Source: Chamberlinius hualienensis (Eukaryota). From it: DNA of 64,000 nucleotides. Shown one piece after another: positions 1 to 10,697 of this stretch (position 1 is its first letter; the number at the start of each line of letters is the position of its first letter). A program made the translations under genes and the position numbers. The stretch lies in assembly GCA_054772095.1 (NCBI GenBank), contig BAAGAE010000033.1:4000326-4064325 (forward strand), in the 5' to 3' direction. Under the pieces are notes generated by a model. The model worked only from the letters and a program-made list of their open reading frames with translations. It was not told the DNA's origin and ran no database searches.

Positions 1-1440
1 AGCTGCAGACTATAGTCTGTTTTATGCTAGAATTATTAATTCATCATGTAACGCCATCCTCATTTACGATCATCTGGTGCCTTTTCTCTCTCTTTCCTCA
101 AAACAATACGATCAATCATCCCTTCTTTTTTCCCACACGGTGGACGCTTCCACTCTCCATCATTTCTGGATGCATCGTTTCCATAGAAACTATACAAAAA
201 ATCTTTAAAGTTGCATACTCGTCCCTCGGTGAACCTTTCTTGGCCAACATTGTTTCGGTGAAATTGAGCTTGGCCTTTAATAATTGGTGGCTTTATTCTC
301 TACCATTTAGTCGTCAATAACGAATAAAATGATTTAGGGAAACGTTAGTTTTTCGTATGAAAACACAGAGAAAATCAATCCTAAACGCGGGGCGGGGCAA
401 CTTTCAGCTTGACGAGTAACTAATCTTAGTCTATGTTAGCTTTTATTAATGCAAATTAAGGTGTGTACGTTTATTGTGATTATTCACATAGATTAATTAA
501 ATTTTAAATTGATAATACATTTCGGGAATAATCGATAGTGTTAGGAAGTTTCATTTTGTGACTAAAAGTTTTGTGGAAAAAGAATACGTTACAAAAATAT
601 CAATTTTGATCATTATTATTATGCCCTCGGCTAAGAACAGGCATAATGGAGTTAGAAACAGCTAACAATCAGTTGTAGTCATGACTGTGGGACTCGTGCC
701 ACCAACTGCAAGCCCAGAGATTCTGGGTTTGATTCAAGAAAAGGATTCAAAATTCTTCTGGGATATTTTAAATGATGCCTGCGAGGCTAATGAGATTGCC
801 AATGTAGACTACCCAAAGAGAACAAATTAACAAAACAATCTTACACTTCAAAATGCACACACTAAATTTCAGTATAAAAATAATTCATTAAGCGAATTTG
901 TCAACAAAAAAGGGGGAAAAAAGCTATAGAAGAACCATTACGAACGAAATTTGAAATCCACTTACTTCAAATACTGAAGAATTAAATTTAAACACAGTAT
1001 AAACGCCAATACAGTCATTTCTAACCAAGTGTTCAAGATCAATCGTCAGATATGTCTTTTCACAACTCACTCAACCTCGACAATTGCACAACCAATAAAA
1101 CATAAGTTTTGAGAAGTTAACTTCTACTTTTCATGTTGCGTTAAAGTGGCTGACAGTGTAATTGATTGGACGAAGATCAACACTTCGTCAACAAATCTGT
1201 CAAAAACATTTCAACTCCTATCAGTTATTTAAAAATTAAGTGCGAAGTATTTATCTTTAACGTTTAATTTACTATAAATACAATGAAGTACAAAAATGTA
1301 CATTTAAGAAATTCTTTCGTTCCTGAAATGCTATAGCAATTTCAGAGCACATTTTTAAATGGAAAATACAAAACGTTAATTAAATTCTTTAATAAAATAA
1401 TACCAAAACTTCTGAACTACGATTTCGCGTTTATGTGCAT

Positions 1441-1590
1441 TTTACTGCCATTACAGAATAGTCTTTATACCACTTACTTACTGCCATTACATAATAGTCT
1501 TTATACCACTTACTTACTGCCATTACAGAATAGTCTTTATACCACTTACTTACTGCCATTACAGAATAGAATTATACCACTTACAAATAA
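1441..1590. repeat. Tandem repeat, about 40-bp unit x about 3.7 (ttactgccattacagaatagtctttataccacttactta)
   Basis: Direct reading. Near-identical units, downstream of the ALIX 3' end. Confidence 0.85.
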
Positions 1591-1957
1591 ACCGTTGGTG
1601 TTAATTTTTTAAAGTCCACGTAGTATTAATTGATTTGACAACGAGTAAAACAATTTTGTTTACTTGCCATGTTAATGACACTTGTTCGTCACAGCGAAAC
1701 ATCATCCTGTATTACTTGTACAACGATTTAAAAAAGTAAACTCAATTTTGCGTATCATGAAACATCTTTATTTAAAGTAACGGTAGTAACGTCTAAATCA
1801 AAACCACAAATGTGGTGAAAGCAACTTTTCTACCCAATTCTGTAAGTATATTTATACGTTGGTATTGAATAATCACCGTTTTCAGTGACCACAGCAACGT
1901 TGATAGGAATGGAAAATATATAATCGTCATTACCTGGAAAACATCATCGTCGGAATA

Positions 1958-2073
1958 TTAATGCCACTGTTGTGGTGGATAAGCGGATGGATGAGGTGGT
2001 AGTGGCACATGCTGGGATGGATGAGCGCCAGGATATGTTCCATAATTTGGTGGTTGTTGAGGGTAACCATAAC
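1958..2073 (-). CDS. PDCD6IP: ALIX exon 16 (terminal; stop TAA at 1958-1960)
   Basis: (G)YGYPQQPPNYGTYPGAHPSQHVPLPPHPSAYPPQQWH*. The Tyr/Pro/Gln-rich tail resembles the human C-terminus ...SYPFPQPPQQSYYPQQ*. Acceptor ttgctcag. Confidence 0.7.
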
Positions 2074-2136
2074 CTGAGCAAAACCAATCATACAGTCATA
2101 TTAATTAATTAAATCATGAAAGTTTGTACAAGTTAC

Positions 2137-2433
2137 CTGGTGGAGCGTAAGCGTTTGCATATGGGTTGTAACCTTGAGGGACTGGCGCATATGAAGGATA
2201 ATTTGGATAAGCAGGATATGGAGAATAAGGATGTGGCATCGGCATGGACGGTGCCATTGGATAAGGCATTGCTGAGGGTTGGAGATTTTGTTGTTGCGGT
2301 GGTAGTGGTGGCGCTACTCCAGCTGCAGTTGGCACTGGCGCTGAAGATCCACTTGGACCAACATTAGTAGAACGAGGAGCTGGCACAGGAACTGGAGGGG
2401 GTGGCCTAGGTGGTGGTTGTTGTCGTGGTGGCT
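2137..2433 (-). CDS. PDCD6IP: ALIX exon 15 (proline-rich region)
   Basis: EPPRQQPPPRPPPPVPVPAPRSTNVGPSGSSAPVPTAAGVAPPLPPQQQ...YPNYPSYAPVPQGYNPYANAYAPPG, which is the ALIX PRR composition. It is preceded by a putative 56-nt intron (2434..2489) that restores frame. Donor GTAACT at 2136. Confidence 0.7.
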
Positions 2434-2489
2434 CTGAATATGAACGATATTGACGTAAATACACCTAAAACACTTTTAAACATTAGTAC

Positions 2490-2667
2490 CAGAAGAAGAC
2501 GCCGCTGTGTGATGAGCTGGAATGCTTGGAGCTTCAGGGCCTGGCTGATAAGCGATAGTTTTCTGCAAATCTCTCATCAGTTCCTCTTTCTCAGTTTTAC
2601 GAGCAAAGCAGAAATCGCTAACTTTATTTTGAAAATTTAGCAGCAGCTGGGTCAAGTCGTTATAAAA
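2490..2667 (-). CDS. PDCD6IP: ALIX exon 14
   Basis: [59 protein letters not shown] matches [55 protein letters not shown]. Confidence 0.8.
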
Positions 2668-2731
2668 CTACATTTATAAAATAAACCGCAAGATTGTTAA
2701 GTTGTAATAACATCCAATCAATTATGCTAAC

Positions 2732-2866
2732 CTTAGTTCCCTCCTGTAGGTTAGCAATAAGCTCCATATAAGCATCATGAGCAGCAGCAAGTTCTTTCAA
2801 TGTGTTTTCTCTTGTAGAAGCACTTTGATTATTGTTTTTCTCTTTGCAGAACTCAACGTTGGCAGC
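2732..2866 (-). CDS. PDCD6IP: ALIX exon 13
   Basis: AANVEFCKEKNNNQSASTRENTLKELAAAHDAYMELIANLQEGTK matches SHQEFSKMKQSNNEANLREEVLKNLATAYDNFVELVANLKEGTK. Confidence 0.8.
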
Positions 2867-2924
2867 CTGTAAAATAAAAGACGCAAGTTAAAAATTATAA
2901 TTAAAATTTTAAGTTCCAACTCAC

Positions 2925-3073
2925 TTCAACTTCAGCCATAACTTTCTGCTGCTTAGCATCGCTTTCTCTCACTTTAGATTGGAGAGGTCCATAAATTTCA
3001 GCTAATATTTCGTTATAAACGGCAGGATCACTTAATCCACCATCGCGACTCATATCACTGAGCACACGAGACT
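2925..3073 (-). CDS. PDCD6IP: ALIX exon 12
   Basis: KSRVLSDMSRDGGLSDPAVYNEILAEIYGPLQSKVRESDAKQQKVMAEVE. Donor GTGAGT. Frame is consistent with neighbouring exons. Confidence 0.7.
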
Positions 3074-3129
3074 CTGCAAGCAAAAACAAGATGAAATTTC
3101 TGTAAAGGTTTTTCCTCGATAACACATAC

Positions 3130-3289
3130 TTATATCCACATTAGCATTTTTCAACTCAGCTTCAATGGCATCCCTTTCAGCTTTGATATTTTCTACCTGC
3201 ATCATGAGCGATCTCAATTTTTGCACAACTGGACTACTTTGTAAAGCTTTCGTTGGATTGGCCGACGGTATAGCACTATGTAATTCTCC
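3130..3289 (-). CDS. PDCD6IP: ALIX exon 11
   Basis: GELHSAIPSANPTKALQSSPVVQKLRSLMMQVENIKAERDAIEAELKNANVDI matches EPELNAAIPSANPAKTMQGSEVVNVLKSLLSNLDEVKKEREGLENDLKSVNFDM. Acceptor chosen to keep frame. Confidence 0.7.
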
Positions 3290-3360
3290 CTTCAATAAAT
3301 ATGAAGCTTTTAAAAAAAATGGCACGATTTAAGTCATCATGTAATTCAGTGCTAACTTAC

Positions 3361-3582
3361 GGGAGATTTAGTAAGAATAATAACTCCTTTTCTGTGCGAG
3401 TTGCATTTCTCTTTCACGACGCCATCAGCTTGCATCGCAGTTGTAATGATTTGTCTATATTTAGAAGCGCTGACTCTCATTGGTTCAGTGAGCTTTTCTG
3501 ATGGACTTCTGGTCCATCTTTCTTTGAACTGTGCTCTTAATTGGGCATCTGACTGTTGCTCATCATTCAACATTCGTTCAGC
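3361..3582 (-). CDS. PDCD6IP: ALIX exon 10
   Basis: AERMLNDEQQSDAQLRAQFKERWTRSPSEKLTEPMRVSASKYRQIITTAMQADGVVKEKCNSHRKGVIILTKSP matches SLRLLDEEEATDNDLRAKFKERWQRTPSNELYKPLRAEGTNFRTVLDKAVQADGQVKECYQSHRDTIVLLCKP. Donor GTAAGT. Confidence 0.85.
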
Positions 3583-3644
3583 CTATACATTGACTGTAAT
3601 CTACAACTGTGTTTCTCAATAATATAAATATAGGAAAACCGAAC

Positions 3645-3822
3645 CTCATCTAAGATTTCTTTGTTTCTCTGCAGAAGTTCGGGTAACTCATTGATAAGCT
3701 TTTCAATAGCTTCTATTCCTCCTCTATCTCTTACAGCCTTGGCTTTGTCAGCAAGAGACTGCGGAAGACTTTCCCCAGACATATCTTCCAATGCGGCAGG
3801 AAGATTTAAAGATGCCAATATG
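3645..3822 (-). CDS. PDCD6IP: ALIX exon 9
   Basis: ILASLNLPAALEDMSGESLPQSLADKAKAVRDRGGIEAIEKLINELPELLQRNKEILDE matches VLASLNLPAAIEDVSGDTVPQSILTKSRSVIEQGGIQTVDQLIKELPELLQRNREILDE. Confidence 0.85.
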
Positions 3823-3883
3823 CTATAATTTTTTACTTTTAATTTAAAATCGGCGAGCTAAAAAATGTTTGAAGTTAAGATAC

Positions 3884-4007
3884 CTATTCATTAGCTGAGT
3901 TAAATCTCTAAGCTTCGCTATCTCAGCATTTACTAATTCCGAGCGGCGAGCCTCATATAAAGACATTACTTGATGTACAGCAACTGGGACAAGTGATGAA
4001 AACATAT
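3884..4007 (-). CDS. PDCD6IP: ALIX exon 8 (start of V domain)
   Basis: DMFSSLVPVAVHQVMSLYEARRSELVNAEIAKLRDLTQLMN matches DLFEKMVPVSVQQSLAAYNQRKADLVNRSIAQMREATTLAN. Confidence 0.8.
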
Positions 4008-4107
4008 CTGAAATTTGTATAAAACATTGTTTTATATATTTGTTCATATTTTGTATTTCACAGAAAACTATATACCAAATATTAAAAATAAATTATAATT
4101 CAAGAAC

Positions 4108-4330
4108 CTTTAAAGTTGGCACTCAGATGATCTCCTAAAGCAATTGGCTTGGCCAGTGCTGCTTTGCCAACAGAAGCAAGTGTCTTCACATCAGGCACTC
4201 GTTCATGATAAATAAAATCATTGTCTTTTTTGGCTTCATCATAAACTCTTTGAATTTTAATGCTAATATCCTTTACATTGTAAACGCTTCCAGCACGTGA
4301 TTCAGCTTGTTTAATTAATTCAGCTGCTAG
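4108..4330 (-). CDS. PDCD6IP: ALIX exon 7
   Basis: LAAELIKQAESRAGSVYNVKDISIKIQRVYDEAKKDNDFIYHERVPDVKTLASVGKAALAKPIALGDHLSANFK matches HAAELIKTVASRYDEYVNVKDFSDKINRALAAAKKDNDFIYHDRVP. Confidence 0.8.
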
Positions 4331-4385
4331 CTGTAAACAATACAGTAATTGTTTAGGTCATAATAAAAAAAAAGGTCATACATAC

Positions 4386-4612
4386 AGTTAGCCTGGCCAA
4401 CTCCTCTCCAATATTTTTCTGCGTTTTGGCTACAGCAGCTTGATGAAATTCGGCTAACGCGTGATAAACAGCCTGTTTCCCTGCTACCATTGGAATCCAA
4501 TCTTTATCCCATAAAGTTCTAACACTATCACGTTGCAACAGCTTCAATGCATCCGCATATAAATCTTCACATTGAGAAGCTATTTTAGCTACCACTAAAT
4601 CTTTCATATTAT
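4386..4612 (-). CDS. PDCD6IP: ALIX exon 6
   Basis: DNMKDLVVAKIASQCEDLYADALKLLQRDSVRTLWDKDWIPMVAGKQAVYHALAEFHQAAVAKTQKNIGEELARLT matches RDKMKDAIIAKLANQAADYFGDAFKQ...FGEEIARLQ. Donor GTATGT. Confidence 0.8.
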
Positions 4613-4674
4613 CTGTGTACAATTTAGAATTAAGTAATCAACGGCAATATGACGGCCTTACAGTGCAGCGTTAC

Positions 4675-4828
4675 CTTGGGTAGCTTTGTGAAAGAAAGTT
4701 TCCTGAGCCTGAGCAAGCATCAATGAAGCTAACGCATTTAAAGCATCAGGCTGCAAATCAGTTGTTGGGTCTTGCTGAACACTTGACATAACCGAATTCT
4801 TCAGAGACGTAAATATGCCACATGATGT
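4675..4828 (-). CDS. PDCD6IP: ALIX exon 5
   Basis: ...DPTTDLQPDALNALASLMLAQAQETFFHKATQ matches PTVDISPDTVGTLSLIMLAQAQEVFFLKAT. Donor GTAACG. Confidence 0.75.
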
Positions 4829-4887
4829 CTAATAGACCAATATACCAATTAATTGAAATATTTAACAAATAAATATAAATCGTGTAC

Positions 4888-5015
4888 CTGAAATAATTTG
4901 GTGGCCAATCTTAATCCATCGTCGTTGTCCAAGTTCTGATCACTAGCCACCTGACTTTGCAATGCTGCAACGTTGAATAAAACGCATACCTTCTCATACG
5001 CTAATGAGGCCACAG
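4888..5015 (-). CDS. PDCD6IP: ALIX exon 4
   Basis: VASLAYEKVCVLFNVAALQSQVASDQNLDNDDGLRLATKLFQ matches [41 protein letters not shown]. Confidence 0.8.
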
Positions 5016-5081
5016 CTATTATACAACATACAATAACCATCAGCATTGAAACAGATATCAAACGTACAACACAATACTAAC

Positions 5082-5145
5082 TCAGGGACACTTTCCCTCC
5101 CCAAAATCCTCCTTTATCAAAAGCATCTTTCCATTTAAAAGGAAC
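5082..5145 (-). CDS. PDCD6IP: ALIX exon 3
   Basis: VPFKWKDAFDKGGFWGGKVSL matches LTFTWKDAFDKGSLFGGSVKL. Donor GTTAGT. Confidence 0.7.
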
Positions 5146-5205
5146 CTAATGAAACTCATCCAAAAATTAATCATTTATTTTACTAAAATAGCAATAATTG
5201 ACAAC

Positions 5206-5260
5206 CTGGATGTCCTGAGGTGGAATTTTTGACTCCAGGGCGTTTAAGGTGTCATAATAT
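5206..5260 (-). CDS. PDCD6IP: ALIX exon 2
   Basis: Encodes (R)YYDTLNALESKIPPQDIQ, matching human YYDQICSIEPKFPFSENQI. Acceptor tttgtcag, donor GTTGTC. Phase joins exon 1. Confidence 0.7.
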
Positions 5261-5976
5261 CTGACAAATTAATCATTGTAATAAGAATAAGATAATGAAT
5301 TATATTTAAGAACGCTAACTCTTAGTAATACACACAGTAATGTCAATCGTAACTAAGGCCATTTTTATCTGACAGGAAGACGTCAAAATAAATGGCGTGG
5401 ACAACGCTATATTCAGTTGTAATAATGATGACTGCTCGAGATAATAATTAAATTGTGATTATCCTTATCAAGCAGAATAAGTTGTAAGCAAATTGCTCAA
5501 CGTAATTCGTGTTGATAATGAGAGAGCGATTAATTTTATGAGAAGTCTTCAAAATGTTATTACAACTACTATTATAGCTTTTTAAACTCTCTAGTATGCC
5601 GTACAGCTCTCAACAGACAATAAAAAAATGTGGACAGGTAATTAACCAAGGCACCGAAAAGCATCCGGCTATAAAGAGTCATCAGCCTACTAAGATGAGT
5701 CAGATGATAATGAGCGAATTGGGTGGCTTATTACAATCTCCCTGTTGCACTTTCTCAACACAAGGTTAACTATGAACTATCGAATAAGCACCATAATTCA
5801 GCTTCTAATCAGGCGTTGCCCCATCAAATTTAATAAAACTAATAGTCATATTCATTATTTATTAACTAAACGTAAACTTACAATATGTAGTACATCATTT
5901 TTAATTTACATTGTATTTTATACTATGTTTGTCCACAGACAAAAGTAAAATAAAACTCAAATAGGTGACTACTTAC

Positions 5977-6182
5977 CTATAAATGACTTCAAGTGAACTT
6001 TCATGTCTGTCCAATGTCTTACATACAGCGTTTGTACGTAGTTTATTTAACTCTTGCAGAGCCTCCGAATAATTATCTTGGCTATCTTGAACATTAGGAA
6101 AACCAGATAATATATTCTTTAAAGGCTTTACCAAATCAGTATCGTAAGTTTTCTTTAACGGGACAGCAATAAACACCGCCAT
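5977..6182 (-). CDS. PDCD6IP: ALIX/PDCD6IP exon 1 (Bro1 domain N-terminus; start codon 6180-6182)
   Basis: Translation MAVFIAVPLKKTYDTDLVKPLKNI...SLEVIY matches ALIX N-terminus MATFISVQLKKTSEVDLAKPL.... Donor AG|GTAAGT at 5976. Confidence 0.8.
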
Positions 6183-6868
6183 TCTTGTTCAAGCCGTTGT
6201 TGATTTTAATTTTTTTAAGCGTGACGACATTGATCAGGCGCTCACAAGAACCGTCATTTCCGGGTTGCACATTGCGGAGATCGACATCTGCAAGATTACG
6301 CATGCGCCATGTTATCGTAGACGTAGGAATTAACAGCTGTTTATGGAACAGCAACATCAAAAGTAGCTCCATCTACCGATGAGCGCGTAATATTTGATCA
6401 TGATAAAATGGTATTTATGTAGTAGTGGTAACACACTATTTTCAATTGCATATTGATTTATCGTCTTTGAACGTTAATTCACAATATAAACAGTAGTAAA
6501 GTGATGGCAGATACTCTGAATTGATAAAGTTGTCAGTCATTTACGAGTACTGTAATTTAGTTTTTGCAAATAAGCAGTTCCCTTGGATGACTGTGAACAT
6601 ACAGTATTTTTACTTTCGAGTTCGAAGTCCACGAGATTTAAATTTAGATTGCCTGCAGTTGGAAAAAGACAGAATAATCGAATATACTCTATAGTGAAAT
6701 AGTTACTCTTCGAAGGTACTTTGTATTACATTAAATCTTCTTCCATAGTGGTTCTGGTTATTAAACTTAAATGTGCAAAGCTATTATGCCTTAGGGTGGC
6801 TTGTTTTTATTAAATTTATGTTGTTTAAAAATGTCGTGTTATATTTTAGAAATTTATTCAATGAAGCA
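6183..6868. promoter_or_regulatory. Putative bidirectional promoter between ALIX (minus, ATG 6182) and the divergent plus-strand gene (ATG 6869)
   Basis: Head-to-head start codons 686 bp apart. Inferred from gene arrangement only. Confidence 0.35.
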
Positions 6869-7322
6869 ATGGAATTTGATGGGGTTGAATCTGTTCACAA
6901 AGTGGTAAAACGAGAAGTTGAAGCTCATTTGGCCGGTCCAGCTGTCGCCGTAGTTGAAGGTGCAAGTGGTGTCAATGGGTCGGTTGCTATTGCAGGATTA
7001 AGTTCTTATTTTACTAATGTTGCAATGGTCGATTCGATGCACGGTGCTACAGCGTCTTCAGGAGACGAACCAAGCACAGATTCACGAATGTGTACAGAGG
7101 AAAGTATAGAACGTATGACCAATAGTATGGAGGGAATGTTGTCGTTATCTGAAGATTCTTCCGGCAGAGATACTTATGCTCAAGCGCATGATGTAGGGCA
7201 GTGGAATTCAGACATTTATGAATCGCAAATAGTCCAACCTCAGTTTGAATTAAGTGACAGTGATGAACAGATGAATGGAATTTTAGGTTCTTACAGGGAG
7301 ATATTAGTGGATGATATAGAAG
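6869..7322 (+). CDS. Unassigned gene exon 1 (acidic Ser/Asp/Glu-rich, low complexity); tentatively BORCS6-like
   Basis: ATG at 6869 is the first in-frame Met after a possible 5'UTR acceptor at 6848. MEFDGVESVHKVVKREVEAHLAGPAVAVVEGASG...ILVDDIEG. Donor G|GTAAAT at 7323. Confidence 0.5.
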
Positions 7323-7391
7323 GTAAATTGTTGATTGACGTTTAACCTTTACTAAACATTACTAATAATCACGTTAATCTGGCATGTGTAG

Positions 7392-7993
7392 CTGATCAGT
7401 GCGATCGTAATGCTTTAATCGGTGACGACACTGAAGAAGAAGTCAGTAATTTAAGTCCTGATAGTGCACCAACGTCTCCTTTAGACGGAGAAGATTGTGT
7501 TATTGGTGATTCAGACGAACCTGAGGCAAATGGTCTAGGCGTTAGGAGACCAAATAGTCTAAAATTAAGCTATAATGAGGTTATTAATCGGGCAAAATCA
7601 TGTGGCGGACGACGGTTGACTGAACATGAATCGAAGCATATGCATAAACAAGTACTTGTAGGTTCTGCTCCTGCTGCCATTTATAACATTTCGGAATCTA
7701 CTAGCGGATTAGAAGGGCTTCCTGGCGTGGTATCCAGGGATGGAGATCTTGTCTCCTTTGTGGCTCAAGATCTTCAAGAACAAATTAAACGTGCAAGTCC
7801 AATTATTAAGAGAGGTGAAACGCCTTCATTTCCACAATCTCGGTCCTCTACACCAAGCCTTTATAAAACAGTGCTTACCCCACAACTGCAATTAGTCGAT
7901 CCGAATATATTACAAGACATTGAAAATAAAGCAAGAGCGGTTGCATCTTCAGTCGATACTATTTTAGAAAATCTAACGGGGACTTTACATAGC
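7392..7993 (+). CDS. Unassigned gene exon 2
   Basis: Long ORF continuing in phase: ADQCDRNALIGDDTEEEVSNLSPDSAPTSP...IENKARAVASSVDTILENLTGTLHS. An in-frame stop at 8036 and a frame shift to the next conserved block imply a small intron. Donor AGC|GTAAAA at 7994 chosen (63-nt intron). The alternative donor at 8018 gives a 39-nt intron. Confidence 0.5.
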
Positions 7994-8056
7994 GTAAAAT
8001 CAAATTCAGTTTCTAGTGTATATACTCACTTAGATTAATAATTACGATATTTACAG

Positions 8057-8140
8057 ATGTCGTCACTTACAGTGGATTGTGTAGATGTTTATGAAGAAGT
8101 AGTAAACAAAACTTGTGATTCTATAGATGGCAACATTAAG
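8057..8140 (+). CDS. Unassigned gene exon 3
   Basis: MSSLTVDCVDVYEEVVNKTCDSIDGNIK. Acceptor tttacag at 8056, donor AAG|GTATAT at 8141. Confidence 0.5.
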
Positions 8141-8225
8141 GTATATAAACTGTATATATGGATATATAATAAAGTTTCACTTTGTAATTAACCGTGTTAT
8201 CTGTTTGGTTCATATGACATTTCAG

Positions 8226-8302
8226 GGAATGTATCAACTGATGGCAAAGTTTGAAGAGTTAGGAAACTTGATGAGACCTTTATACAAGCTCTCGGGTCAT
8301 AT
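8226..8302 (+). CDS. Unassigned gene exon 4
   Basis: GMYQLMAKFEELGNLMRPLYKLSGH(I). Acceptor catttcag, donor AT|GTATCC. Phase links to the next exon. Confidence 0.45.
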
Positions 8303-8370
8303 GTATCCTTTAATATCAGATTTATATTTGATCACATGTTTCACTATGTGATCCTTAATACTAATTTTAG

Positions 8371-8407
8371 AAAAGAAATTAAACGAATGCTAGATTTATT
8401 CGAACAG
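8371..8407 (+). CDS. Unassigned gene exon 5 (not terminal; 3' end of gene unresolved)
   Basis: (I)KEIKRMLDLFEQ, then donor CAG|GTATGC. Only phase-2 entry avoids stops. Downstream exon(s) not found. Confidence 0.4.
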
Positions 8408-10388
8408 GTATGCTCCGCATCTAGTTAAGATAATTAAGTATTAATTAACAATGCATATTTCAAGTTATTACTTTGTTTTCATTTGGTGAAATACATTCAT
8501 ATATTCATTTTCATTTGTTGTCAATATTTTCACGTTTATTTCTCAGGGAAATATACTCAAATTAAGTTGGATTGTTTTAAATTTTATTAGTTTGTGGTCT
8601 TAAAAACAAATGTGTGTACACCATATATTGAATATTTTATTTATAATATTTTTAATGCTACATCCATTATTTGAATTTCATGTCTTATCTCGAAAGTCAT
8701 TTCAATAAGAATCATACATTAAAAAAATAAGAAATGCTGGTAGTGTAAAGCGGAAAATATTTTGACCAATTATGCGAGTATTCGTTAAGCCTTTTTATTG
8801 ATAATAATTGAACTATTTAGTCTATTCTAAAACATGCATGGAGTTGATCTTGTTTGTCAGTATTACATGAATATCCGCTTTTATGAAACCAATAATAAAA
8901 ATCTGCATGCTCTAACTGAGAAGACTAAGGAATTGTGCCCCATGTTTCTCTTGTCAATGGCTACTTATTCATTGATAAGCTTGCCATTTATTAATTATGG
9001 TGGTTCCATGTTTAATAAAATTAATTTAATGCGATATTTTTTAAAATTTATTTAATACAGTATACTGGTCGATAGAACCACTAAATACTCCATTTCTCCA
9101 ATATTTGAGATTTAAACATATCTGCACAACTCCATAAATGGGTCTAATATATTATATACTGCGCGCATTTCCAAATTTTGCGTGAAAACTTCGTTGAAAA
9201 TATACAGTACAACAAATTTAAAATAAATCTACAATCATAGAATCAAAATACAGTATAATTATCGTCGTCTTAATTCGAAAACCTCTTATGTCCAACTTTG
9301 GCCGAAAATTACATTTTGGACTTTTCTTATAGAAAAACTCGTAATTCATCCACTAAAATTAACAGTCAGGCTCTAACGACAATTAATACGTCAAATTAAT
9401 CAAACAAAATCAAGCAATTACCTATGAATATCTAATTATTGATCGAACAAGTTTTTTGCCTCTCCTGAACAATTTGAGTTTATGGAGATAAGTGGTTTTC
9501 GAATTAAGACGACGATATATCGAATCATCGCGAGTACCTTTTGGACATTGATATTTCAATGGTCGCTTTCGATAGTTATATCGATACCTGTACTACTGTT
9601 TTGCGTTTTCATTTTCGAATTGGTTGCACAGCTGCAATTGCGTGGAGCTTAAATTTCTTTTTAAGTATTAGAAGGTAAATATTACATTTATCATTTACTT
9701 TTTTCACGAGTATAGTAGCTGCTTAAATACAATTATGTTTGAATTGAGTATTCTAAAAATAATGTAATATTATTATAATTGTGTTCCTGTCATGGATCAT
9801 CTATTCTATATGGAAAAAGTGGCAACTTATCAAGGCTAATGACTACTTATGGATATAGTTCTCTTGTTTATTTGCTTAAAATGTTTGACAAAAATGGTAA
9901 TGTATTGATTCATTATTTGTAACTTATTTTTAATAGTAGCATAGTAATTTAACATGGTGACAAATCGATACTTTTCTGGGGATATATTATACAGTATGTA
10001 TAGTATCGATGTCGTATCAAACGATACTTAAAATCTAAGCGGTGTTCTAATCTTGATAAGTTGAGGATAAAATACGGGTTTGATCTTTGTTTCAAACATA
10101 AGTTGTCGTCTCATTCCATACTACGGTGTTTATCAAGTAGTTATGTGAATTGTTTGATCATTTTACAGCTATACCAAAATAGTTACATTCTTAAAATACG
10201 ATACATCTGTGAACCGAACTTTCCGACTATCTCAAAAGTACAGTAAGTATAATTCAAATATTTACTTTCTTTCTTAGAAATTAAATTGTATATGAAACTA
10301 TCAGTTCTGTTCAACCATGTTCATCGAACATTAGTTTTAGCTTAATTTTAGTAAAAAACTGGACTTTGTAAGCAAGAGATTCTGCTAA

Positions 10389-10496
10389 TTACTTCTGATC
10401 CTGTGGGACAAAGTCAAGTGCAACACTGTTGATACAGTATCTCGTTTTAGTTGGCGGGGGTCCGTCATTAAAAACATGACCAAGGTGCGATTGACA
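10389..10496 (-). CDS. MSRB: MsrB exon 4 (terminal; stop TAA 10389-10391)
   Basis: [41 protein letters not shown] and the catalytic RYCINS (Cys, not Sec) match Cys-type MsrB. Confidence 0.85.
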   Translation of the reverse strand, partial: CQSHLGHVFNDGPPPTKTRYCINSVALDFVPQDQK

Positions 10497-10564
10497 CTAA
10501 AAATATTTTATCAGTCGATTAATCATTATTTTGACTATGTCAAATTAATGCGTATTATACGTAC

Positions 10565-10697
10565 ATTACCGCAGAGAACTTCGATTCGCTTCATTCCGTG
10601 AGAATTGTCAGGTTTATGTAGAACAACAGAATCCGACTTTTCAATAGGCTGAGTGAAAGCAGGCCAGCCACAGCCAGAATCAAATTTTGACTCGGAA
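10565..10697 (-). CDS. MSRB: MsrB exon 3
   Basis: [44 protein letters not shown], containing the MsrB GCGWP and HGM.R.E motifs. Donor AAT|GTACGT. Confidence 0.85.

Noticed and set aside
24-320. 98-aa plus-strand ORF at the window start
   Set aside because: No recognisable homology and AT-rich. It probably lies in the ALIX 3' flank. Insufficient support to call a gene.
2116-2367. Plus-strand ORF (83 aa) and ORF 2410..2640 overlapping the ALIX proline-rich exon
   Set aside because: Antisense read-through of a GC/CCN-rich coding exon. ALIX homology is on the minus strand.
6605-6625. gagttcgaagtcc resembling a tRNA B-box (GTTCGA)
   Set aside because: No A-box, acceptor stem or cloverleaf could be built around it.
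6773-6868. N-terminal 32 codons of ORF 6773..7345 (MQSYYALGWLVFIKFML...)
   Set aside because: The tracker's M is a non-ATG start, and the segment crosses an apparent acceptor (tattttag at 6848). The first in-frame ATG is 6869.
8521-8580. Candidate terminal exon of the ALIX-divergent gene (tctcag|GNILKLSWIVLNFISLWS*)
   Set aside because: In phase, but hydrophobic low-complexity with no support. The 3' end is left unresolved instead.
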